Shown here piece by piece: positions 12,101 through 24,100 of a stretch of DNA of 64,000 nt. The notes below the pieces were generated by a model. That model had not been told where the DNA came from. It ran no database searches and worked only from the letters and a program-made list of their open reading frames with translations. Origin of the DNA: Ascidiella aspersa (taxonomy: Eukaryota); contig OZ004613.1 of NCBI GenBank assembly GCA_963924565.1, forward strand, positions 10,850,001 through 10,914,000, given 5' to 3'. Every line of letters starts with the position of its first letter. The first letter of the stretch is position 1. The position numbers and the translations under genes are program-made.

Positions 12101-15100
12101 AAAGATTTAACGCTGCCTTTGGCCATCAGCTTTTTGAAAAAAAATTTAACGAAGCCCTTAAAAATAATAATCCTCACAAATGACGTGGCCACCAGCTTCG
12201 ACATCGATTCCTTGTCTTCGCCTTTCGACAAGGGGCAGTTGTGCGGTTTGACAAGAGAGGTTGACTGATGTTTATGAATAACAGGCAATTTCCTGCAGTC
12301 AGCTGCGGGATGTAATAGACATAAGGAAACAGGGCTCGTCCAGTGGCCCAATCGCGTTTTCGAACTCTTTTGGGCCAGTTTTTTTCTTGTTAACTTGAAT
12401 CTCAACTGTTCCCTTTTTGGCCAACTTTATTGGACCTCTTGGTCAGTTCAGATTAGTTTATTTTTGCGGAGGTGTGGCACCCTTAAGTGCTTTTTATATA
12501 AAGCTCAAAAGTGCAGAGAGATATTTTTGATTCTTTTAATGTTTTGCTCTTTCGACGATCCTCTTGACATAATTGTTAATGTAAGATTGGAATGCAATTA
12601 TACAAGAAATATTTTCGAGCATTATGCACAGTAAAGGTGTGTTGTTTTTGTTTATTGTGACATTATTAATTTAGTTTTTCATAAAATTAGAGTAAACTTT
12701 TGTCGAAATTTGCGAGTTTACAGGAGCCCCAATACTTACTTTCTCAAGACCTCTGGAATTGTAAGCTAGTAGGTTGGGATTTTTTTTTGTATACAGTTTA
12801 AAGACAGTAGTAAACTGTCAAACCAACTTATGTTTAACACGTGTTTGGAGATTCCTATTTTTTGGCAAAAAAGGATTAATAACCACTGAGAAAAATTGAT
12901 CAAGTCAGTGGAATAACATAATGTATGTCAGTCACGGCAAAAAGGGGATAATACGATATATTCGTGGTAGCAACACTTAATATTAAGAAAAATTTGTGAT
13001 GAAGTTTTTGTTTTATGCTTTCTAGAGAATAAGCGCCCCCAAGTTTAAGAACCCCTGTGTTACAGGTATTTTTGCTATTTAGTTTAATAACAGAAACAAT
13101 TAGGCCCTTCATTTTCATTAAGACTAAACATGTTTTCTTTTTTACTGTTCGAATGCTGAGGTTATCTTATGCATTGTTGGCGAGACACGCTTTTGCTTGG
13201 CATCAAGTTGCCTTAAGCCGATATCTTGGTGTCCGATGCTTCGTCGATGACATTTGCATGCGTTGTTTATCCGTCGATTCTCTACTATTTATAGCCTCTA
13301 TCGGTCTTTTGTAGTCTAAATGTGTCTTAAGTGTAGCTTGCCTATAAGTTGCCGAGTACATGCACCAGTCTTTATACCAACATTGCAAAAATAATATTGT
13401 AAAAAAATATACAGATATAAGAAATAACCTAAATCACACATTAAAGAACCATTATATTTCATAGAGTAGAAAGTGTCTTTTTTTAGTTAAAAATTTTTCA
13501 CAAAGTTTTAGGCTTGAATGTTTTCTAATTCCCAGCGTGTTACAAGTTGCATATTTTTTCCAATTAAAAAAAACAATTTCAACGTGAATTAGCGTGTTCA
13601 ATGAAATTACACGAGGTTTTTGTTTGCAACATCAGTCTATACAGGAGAGTTTCTTTTAACAGCTTATACTTTTCCATCGCAACAAGTACGCCCGCAAATA
13701 CATTGTTGTTCCCGTTTAAACGCGATTTGTAAACCACAGTCCATGTGACAATTATGACATCTACTCGTTTGCCAGCGGTTCGCTTCCGGGGCACTTTCTG
13801 GCATCTATCAGCTTTTTGTTATGCAACTGGCATTTGTGGCGTTGGTGCGTGCAGTGTTACCTGAAACTTCCTTTGTTTTGCTTGGCCGTCTGTTTTATGC
13901 ATAATACGTTTCGCTGGGGGAAATATTGATTTTAGTACGCATCTTTGTGCTGGTGGGACGTTGTGTTGATGTGACTCACCCGATTTAGTTTTACGATTTC
14001 GACAAGCAACGGAATAGGCATTTTTGAACAGCTGCCCCTTTGCAGTTTTAGTTTGTGCAGGTCACGTAAGGTGGCTGTTTAAGTACGTTTTCGTCTATTT
14101 CGTTTGAGCTTTTAAATCGTTGTCGCGAAACCCGATAGCAACTTGTATGGATTCGCCTCGGCAATGTTGAGACTTTACGTAGCAAGTACGGGTTAAATGT
14201 GTATGATTCAAATATGTAAAGCATTTGCTTAACAACCAAGTTTTACTTGCAAAACGAAAAAAACGGCTGTACATCTAAAAAAACATCGATTCTATAATTG
14301 CTACTCACGTCTCACGTTCTATAAAGTATAATCTAGGAGAAACAAACAGCCAAAATGCCCTTCCAGTTTATTGATGCAATTTACAATAAGAAATTGCCCT
14401 CGTTACCGATTGTAGGAACAGGAAAAGTGCAACGAAGTGTCCAGGACAAGCGATGTTCGGAAAAGCAGGGTTTACCATGCGTCACTTGTCGTGTTTTGAT
14501 TGCTGTGTCTCGCTGTGACTCGTCTGTTTTACCGGGCTACACTTTGTAGCGAGAACTGGATGCAGCAACAGCAGTAGAAGCAGCTTTATATCGACTGAAC
14601 AAGCTAGTACTACCACTTCCTTGTTTCAGATCAGCCTCACTTCGAATATTCTGTGATTATATAAGGTAGTCGCACGACCGCACGTGGTAATAATGCCAGT
14701 TGCTGCTTGCCTAGGGGTTTATACAGTGCTGTGTAAAAGCATTCGACTAGTTTGCGGATTGACAAACTGCAGGCGCCGTATGAGTCGAATACGTTTTCTT
14801 TGCAAACGATTTTCGAAACAAATTTGTTTCTTCTACGTCGGAAAAATTTCGTTTTTCGGCTGTAACAGCGCCTTCTTGTTTGTTTCAACCGTTTTACTTG
14901 TTTGTGCATTTCGGTAATTAATAAGTATACTTGGTTGTGGTAAAGGCATGTCAGTATGTGGATGCAAATGTACGAATTGCATACAAAACGAATAGATTGC
15001 TAGAAGTAAGCTCTATTATACGACGAAATTACCAAATCGTGTAAACATGTACCTTTTCACGTTTTTCAATTCGGCATATACTGATAGGCGTGCGGGTTTT

Positions 15101-18100
15101 CCTGGGTTGGTTTATCGTTATCGAATTATTAAAATGTGCCTCTCCTATTCTAATGTATTAAAACAAGCGTCCTATTAATCGCTATATAATAATGTCAATT
15201 GCTAGCGGTAAGAATTGTTTTTTAAACGAAATCCGCTTTAACTCAATATTGAGCGAAATGTATACGTATATTAGTATAGAGCAAAGTATCATAAGCATCT
15301 CTGTAGAATGCGCAATGAAACTTTCAAGTCTCTTTCGTTCGCTTCGGGCTTATGGCTGCAGAACGAAAGTCCAACACGGCCAAGTACACGGTGTGAGTTT
15401 CTTGCGGTCGCCCGAACAAACAGGCACGTTTTGGGTATTCATTTACAAAGTTTATCCTTCTGTAATTACGCAGGCTATATGTGGAAAAGTTTCGCCCGGC
15501 TACCAAATCAGTTCAGAATAAAACGTCTCAACAGTTTTGTGGGTTTTTTTACCAGCATTTACGTAACGACTTACTGCTACGTGCGACCCACCCGTCGTTG
15601 TAAGTAAGTTGCAAACTAACCTTAGGTTAGAGTTAGAGAACTTACCTATCACAAGTAGGGTTACGCATTTTAATGATGGCTGCCTATCAATCGAAAGGGA
15701 CAGGCAGTCACTTTAACAGGAAATCGCTTTTGTACGATGGCTGTCAGTTAGTCAGAGAATCTTATCTTTACAAAATGACGCAGGTTGATTTTGTTTTTTG
15801 AAGTAAAAATGTTATACCTATACTTTGAATGTGATTTTTACTCTCGTTGATTGTACAAAGAGTTGCAACATAACATTTAGACGCCACAGTAAAAGTCATT
15901 TGTTGCCTACTTTTTTGTTACGGCTATCTGCATAGATGAACTTCTGTGGCGTTAGCACTTCTTTTCCGTGGTTCCTGTTTTTCGATTTTTATTAAAAACT
16001 TATTGTTGTTGATTTAAGATTTTTGTCAAGAGTATTATACAGGTTTAGGGGCCTTTCGTATTTGAATTCAATCAGTGCCGAAACAAACTGCGCGAGATGC
16101 AACCACGTAATTCGCTTTTCACCAACATTGTAAGTTGCACGACAAGTAGAACGGTGCTAATTAAAGACGTGTAAATATTTTTGTACCGGTCTGTTGTTGC
16201 TGGTCTAAACGAAAATACTCACAAGCTCCGATACGTGCGGTGTGTCATCACCAATAAGCAGCACTTCTTAACCGGGTCACCAGTTCACTTTAGGGTTAGT
16301 TAGTAAGTTTGGTTGTGAAAACAAAATTTTGGAAAACTACCCGATTGGCCGCGGTTTTAGTCATGAATGCTGAACCTTTTTGAACTACAGACACTATAAT
16401 AACAAACTATACCTATGCTTTCCTGGTGTTTTTAGTAAAGAAGGTTTTACGATACTCGGGTACACCAATTTTACGACCTCATATATCGTAAATTAAAATT
16501 TAGCGTGAGTTCTGATTATTTATATCTTAGCGCTAATGTTCCGCCGCAGTAAGATCTGCCTGATTCTCAAAAATACCAAGAAACGTAAATATCATTATTA
16601 ATTATTGACAACAAAAACGAGCTTAAGCATTACAGTAACTTACATACATTATCGACCAAACAATAAACAACTATAATCAAAGACTTTTACATAACATTTT
16701 CCCTTATCATAGAATATATCTTCAAAACGGCAGCAATACATAGCGACAAAACGCTAACAATCTATAACATTCTCGAACAAAAACTTATGCTTACTGATAC
16801 AATAACGAAACATAATCAAACAATTTTGCTTAAATTTCACAATCCTCGCGTGACCTCACATGCTATAGTGATACACAGATTCGCGAGGTAATATCGTGGT
16901 AACCGGCGCCTATGAAATGCACGAATGTTTAAAACCCATTGGGGTACTGAATGTGTTAATTTAGTATTCCTTAAGTAATTACTAACGGCTAAAGATGTTG
17001 CAAGACCGCAACAGAAGGGTTAGTAGTAAAGAAGGGTTAGCGCAAGATGTATAATACCATTTATTTGTGATGAGTTATACCTATATTATAGGCAACGTTT
17101 TCTGTGTGTTTTTACAGTTATGAAGTGAAGATTGTGGCAGGAGTTCCAGTTCGACTGCGAAAGGTACCTTACCTTTTGTTTTCTTTGTGTTTTCTTTATA
17201 TTATTATCGTAGGTAGGATTGCTAACGATCGATAGTTTTCTTAATATTTGTCTTCACATTTATTAGGAGTTTACTTAATGTTAATATCTTAAATGTTGGT
17301 CATCTTAAACAATTACAAAAAATCCTTTTGGCTAGTTCTATTTAGGCAATTGTATTATCTTCATTCTAAGCAAGAAAGCGAATCAGCATATAAAATATTT
17401 AATATGAAGGATGATTTAGGTGCAGATTAAACCTACATTTTAAAAATAAAAGACAACAAAACAACTTTAATACTACCCCAGCGTATATTTATGTATAGTA
17501 TACGCCCAGAAATGTACCCCCAAAATCTCGTCTACGTTGAGAGTTGTTTAAAATGGCTAAAAAATACGATACTTGACAAAAAAAGAAACGATATTGGCTA
17601 AAAAAACAATTAATATTTGCCCAAGGAATGAAAAAAATTGCTTTGACACACCATTTATCCCCTGACGCAACACGTTTATTGTTTTATCCCTATTCGGTGT
17701 GCAGTCATCCCAGCCCCAGGTTCAGCAGCTTATGGCCGACGACCTGCTTTCGCTGCAAATAGTGGTGGACAAACGCGTAAGAAAGCAGCGTATATAGCTT
17801 ACAGAGCCGCTGCCGATTGCTATTCGGTGTCGACCAAGGGTGTTTTGTATAACTTTTGTCGCCTTGCTGCCCGATGATGCTCGGTTTTTTACTCTTTTCC
17901 CCCACCGCGTGGCGATCACTGGAACCCAAGTGTGCCGCCGGGTGGCGCAATGCATGTCGTAAACGTTGAATTTGACACTGAAATATGTGCCCGGACCAAC
18001 AATGAATGGATTTTAGTTCCTTTTTAAAAACGGTATTTTACCAAAAAAATGTTGATATAGTCGAAATAAACCTATAAACCTATAAACCCATAAACTGGGG

Positions 18101-21100
18101 TCGAAAATATTTTCGGCTGAGTACCTATAAATTTTTTAATGAAAACATACAATGATGCTAAACGCTTTTAAACTAGACTAATACTGTATTGGCCCAACAT
18201 TTCAAAAAAATTCCCCCGTTTTTTTATCTGGCCGTTATGTTTTTCCTACAAATATTGCCGACAATCCTCGACCAAAGGAACAAAATTTTAAACTTACTAA
18301 CTTAAGAGGAAAGTCAAATTTGTATGGGAACAAATCAGGCTACAGCTCACACACGCAAATACTCCATCCCATCAAATAAAAAATGCAATTTTACACGTCC
18401 TATAGTACAAATGATACTATTGTCGAAATCCTGTTCATCATCATACGAGAATTCCCCTCATTGAATGTATATAGTCAGTAGTCACATTATAGTTAACGTT
18501 GTAATACCTAGTCCTTGTTTTCATACTTTTGTGTGTGTGCTTATTGATTGGTTTCGTTTCGTTCGTTTCAGAGCCTGGCACGTCTAAAGGGCGCCCAGAA
18601 GTTTAAGGTGGTCAAAGCTTGGCTTGTTGCCTTGTTAATACTAACCCTGTGCTTGTGTTCTAAAATACGTACCTTTCTGGCATGCTGAGTCAATGACTGT
18701 AGCGTTGTTGAACTGTTTTCTTTCATCAAACGTTTTTCACTTTTTTACCGGTTCGCACTGTTTACTAAAAACTTTCTATATCGCTGAAATAATGCTTAGC
18801 AATTGCGAAAAAACTTGATTCAAATTTCTTACTCATTCACTTACTAGGAAGATTCACTATACTAACTCAAGTTTCTTATGTATGGGCTTGGTAGAAATCT
18901 TTAAAATGTCTTTTCTACCCTAACCTTTTGAATAAACCTATAGTTGCTAAATAAAAAGGTTTTAGTCTACTGTGTATATTTAGTTTAAAATAATAACATC
19001 TATTGTTCCTGTTGGCAAAAATCCCAAAATCACTCAAGAAAAGTTTTTCGGTAAAAAACTTACGTAATCCCAAAACGTACAACTCACAACCAAATATCTC
19101 TCATTTATATTGTTTTAGCTCGTTAAGACTAGAACGAACGGGGGATAAATATAATCCGTCCAGTTTACGTGACCGCTTTAAGTAATGTAAGCCGTCAAAT
19201 TCTGTTTAGCAACCACGATTGTAGTGTTTTACCTACCCTTCGCTACATACGTGGCTGGTTTATCAGCAATAAGCTTTCATTTTAGGTCAGATTTAGTCTA
19301 ACCAAACCATGATGGATAGTACTTGCTTTCGTAACGCCAACATAACTTGTTAAAAAAAGATAAAAAATGGGATAAAATAGGACTTTTTCGGGGTCATTGC
19401 CATCACACGTAAACTGTCTCCTTGCGCGGGACCCACGCGCTGTCAATCCACGATAAATCCGAAAATCGGCGTAACATCTTCTTTTGAGCGCGATCCGTAG
19501 CCGCGGGGCCCACTCTCGCCCGCTTCGCGCCCGCGCGCAAACCTTATCGCTTTGTTTACGACCGTTAATTGTAAGGCCCTAATGTTTGTGTTTTTTGTTT
19601 CTCTCTCGCAGGACGCACCGGACCGAAGCAGGGTCGGCAACTTCTTGACAGGTGAGCTTCGCACTCTTGTACTGTAGGGTTGTAGGGTTGCAACAACTGT
19701 TAATAATGTATGACTCTTGTTTGCTGAACAAGGCTTTCGTGTTCGTGGTTAGGTGGTAGAGGTTTATGGCGGCATCGTAAAAAGTACATTTTCGCTGCAC
19801 GAAATTTAACTTGAGATCATTTTCTACTTATTTAGTTTAGTTGTAAAGTTTTTTGAGCTAGACTAAAAAGTCAGGGCTTACGCTGAAAAAACCTAAAATG
19901 GTAGCGCAGCTTCATAGTTTATATGTTTTTTTTATATGTTTTTATATACCTCGCTTCGATCTATTTATTATATTGACAATTAGAACCTCGTCTTGTAATA
20001 GATCTTAAACATAGGCTGCGAAAGATTGCATAGCAGGAATATGACTCTCTTTTTTATAAAAAAAATTGCAGTGTAGAACAACGAGCAATATTTTTTATGC
20101 TTAGTCTTACAAAGGCAAAACTATAGGTGCTTTCACGTTATATATCGGTTTGTAGATAATAAAACGAAATGTATTTGAAAGTTTCAGGTTAAAAGGTATT
20201 GCAAGCTGAAGGTTTTCATTAGAATTCAGAGCCGCCTGTGTTGATCAACTCGCTCCAATTAGATTTATAAAGCGTTTTTACAACAATAACAGAGACACAC
20301 TTGGCATCCTACAGTAAATCAAACTTGATTTTTCTTGGTCATTAAAAGCGTTCAGGCACATGCTGTAAAGAGGGATTACCGCTGTTGTCCGCAAAGGAAA
20401 TTTTACTTAGGCGAGATGCTAAAGGGTTTCGCAGTCATCTGAAGCACTTATATCAGTCACCTGAGTTTATAAAATGCCACTTGAAATTGCGGGTTCGGTA
20501 AACATTAGGAACTTGGTATAGTTTAGGATTCCTAACTTTTCTAAAGTAAAGACTTTCGCTTTACTTACGCGGTAGGTGTTGGTCTTTGAATTATTTTTTT
20601 GAGGCGATTAGTGTTTTCAGATTCAGTCTAGTTGTGCAGGGTTATCCGATGTTTTTCAGTAGCTGTATTCATAAGCTTTGTGGAACATTGTGTTTTATTG
20701 CTTATACCACTTCTAAAACTCAAATAATCGTTAGCTTCTTAGAGCCAGAAAGGGCGTAAGCAAGCGGTTATATTGACCCTATTTATTAAAAGAATCTTAC
20801 ACGATATTTGCTTCGAACATATCCTTTGTGCTTATTAATCTTCGAAATTTACGCTTTTAACATAAAACGTCATACGTAAAAGGCCAGGCATCTCGTTCCC
20901 ATAAGATAGTCCCTCAATACCAGGGGTTCTTAAACTGGGGTCCATAGACCCCTTGGGGGCCTGTGAACTAGTTTTAGGGGGTCCATAAAGGCCAACTTGA
21001 AATATTGTGTATATTTGAAAAGTAATCATTTTTTAAACAAAAACAGCTTGATTAAAAATATAACGGTATTGCACTGAATATATTTAGACTCTATTTTACT

Positions 21101-24100
21101 TTCACATTTTTTGACCGAAAACAACAGATTTATAAAGTCTATTTGTATTGTGACGTAAATATATGACGTCATTTTTGACATTTTTTGGCTACCGTGGTCC
21201 AGGCGAGGTCAAAAAAAGTTTTAGGGGTCCGCGGTAAAAAAGTTTAAGAACCCCTGCTCTATACCTAGAAAAAAATAGCTCGATTTTCACCAAGCATCTG
21301 TCGCCTTTAAGATACAAAGAGGAGGACATTTCGAATAAAAAAAACACTCTTTAAATTGAACCTTTTGCCTATAAAGCTCCCATAGCATTTCTCCTATCTA
21401 CACAATAGGGAATGTCTTCCTTGTAAATTACGCCAATGCAAATGTTAAAATGCTACGTATCATGTTTGAAATGCCAATTTTTCCTGTCAAGTTCACATAG
21501 AAACTTCTTCCCGTTCGCACAGAATACGGTGACAGAATAGATGATTTCTCTTTGACACAACAGCAGACGCCTACCACTATAAAATATGCCGCACACTCAA
21601 CCTTTTGTGCCTACCAATTTCCACATTAAATGCAATATATTTTCCCGGACCTCAACAAAAGAGCAATGCATCCTGTATGAAACAACCCCCCTGCTTCTCT
21701 GTCGCGGTTTGACGCCTACCATTATAAAAATACGCCGAAGCTTCAACATTTTGTGCATATCGATTTTTCACATAAAATGTAATATATTTTTCCCAACCTC
21801 GAAAATACAGCAATGTATCCTGTATGAAACAACCCCCAATGGCAAATATAAAAAAACAAAATATGCCCGCCTTCAATCTTTTGTGCCCACCGATTTCCCA
21901 CATTAAGTGCAATATTTTTTTCCGAACCTCAACAATAGAACAATGCATCCCGCATAGAACAACTCAAATAGCACATATATAAAATAAAAAATGCTGCGGC
22001 TACTTTTTAAACTGCTTCTCTGCCGCGATTGCGGTCGCGCAGCCGAAATGAAAAGCCAGCGACGGATCTCTTGTCGGGACCTTGGGAGGGGAGACTGCGA
22101 AGGCTGGCTCTGGAAGAAGAAGACGGGAGGTACGGGCGGCACCGGTTCCGGTCCCCTGGCCCAGAAGTGGTCCAAGCGCTGGGTGGTCATCAAAGAGGGC
22201 GGCGTCTACTGTTACCGTAGCAACGCAGATGACGATGACCGGCGCGCCGAGTCCTACATTAGTCTGCCAGGATACAAGGTATAATTAGTTTTGAATATTG
22301 ACTTGCTTTGTGGTTTTTTTATTATTATTAGTTTTTTGATCTTCTGCTAATTAGTGTCTTTTATTTTCTTGTATGCCTGAAGTGAATAAATGTATCTAGT
22401 ATTTTGTCATTTGGTGTAAAGGTACTCTGCTTAAGAAATTTGTTAAATTATTTTTTAACTGGATTTTTACTGGTTGATGTGTGATAAATCTAAAGTAATG
22501 TTCACTACGAAACCTCCAAAGCAATATTTTTTAATTTATTCCTTTACCTTGTTCAATACGTTAATAATAAGTTAATGTTGTTTAAAGAACCCACATAAAC
22601 AGCGACCACTCTTCATTTCGTTGCTGGTCAAGAAAGTAGAGACAGTTTTTCTTATAGTTTGTTTTAGTTCTGATCATATACCTTTTACTAGTATTTGCGG
22701 AGGGCCATAAAAAATCTATCCAAATAGTTAGGTCGGTCAAACGTTAACGGTAAAAAAACTCGGTTTTAACACTACGTATCACTTGACTTGTGATTTATTG
22801 GAAACTACTTGACTTGGACTTAAGTTATTTTACGAATGACTTGACTGTGACTTAAGTCATTTTGAGAAGACATGTTTACACACTGGGAGTATCAATAAGT
22901 AACCTACGCCGCACATATTATGCATATTTATTTTACAAGGCCATCCTCCTATTTTTGTAAGATTGTTAGTCCGGTTTTATTAAATGTTTACCAACTTTTG
23001 CACAATCCTTTCCTGGGTAAAGTTTGTTCAAGGTTGAATTGTCGTAGTCTTTATGTAGAGCTGTTAAGTAGAGTTACATGTGAAGGTATGACGATTATAG
23101 GTGAAGCTTGAATTTAAGTCTAATAAACTGAAGGTGTTACAAGTGCTTATCGAAACGTCTTTATCGAGATGATGTCGATCCACTCGACCTATTTGGCTTC
23201 GACATTCATTTATCAAAGTACAGAGAAGCTTCAAATAATAATGATGGTTGTTTTTGCTATGCCCGAGGGGTCATGAAATTTTTTTGGTCCTCCGTTCTTT
23301 TCAATAAATCTTCCTCTACTTTTGTCCTCCAGGTTGCTCCTGCGATGGAGTGCAAGCGCAAGCTGGCCTTTCGCATCACTCATCCCAAGCGGAAGACCTT
23401 CTTCTTCGCCGCCGAGCGCCAGATGGACATGTCCAAGTGGATGAACAAGATGGCGCTCGCTTCAATCGAGTACTTTGACGCGCCAACGGACAGCACCGAC
23501 GCCGCCAAGTCTAAAGGTAAAGCTTACGGGATTTCGATTAGCGAAGTTGACGCTACTTTGTGGTGTGTTCGCTCCCAAGCGACGAATCAGTTTGTTATTC
23601 ACCAGCATCAAAGTCCGAATAGTTTTTGTTTGATAAAACAACTGAAAAAATGTAACGACGTAAGAGAGTATCTATAGAGCATCAGGACACCTACTTCTGT
23701 ATGGGCTTTGATATTCTTAGTACGTCTTACTACAACCTCCAACCATAATGTTCAAAGAATCTATTTTCCAATTAAAAAAAGTTTTTTTGTGTAAATGTAA
23801 ACTGGGCTGTATTATATGAAACATACCTTTTATGTTGGTGTGTTATTTTTTGCTTTGCTATTGTTGAACTATAGAGGTTTGTGAAACTTGAGACCGCGGT
23901 CTTCATATTTGGTGCAGTTTTGGCAGTTCGATTTTTTAAACGCGTGTTTATTTATTTTTTTGTTTCTGGCAGTTGACCACACATATAGTATTTGATAACT
24001 ACCTAACCGCGGCGACGTTTTTTGTTCTCTGCATTACCCACAGAAGACATCTACTTCAGCGAAAGCGACGACGAATCGCGCTCGACTGGCGATCGCTCCT

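Noticed and set aside
4734-17117. Nested protein-coding gene in the large CNK intron
   Set aside because: Only short ORFs without domain signatures or a consistent exon chain were found.
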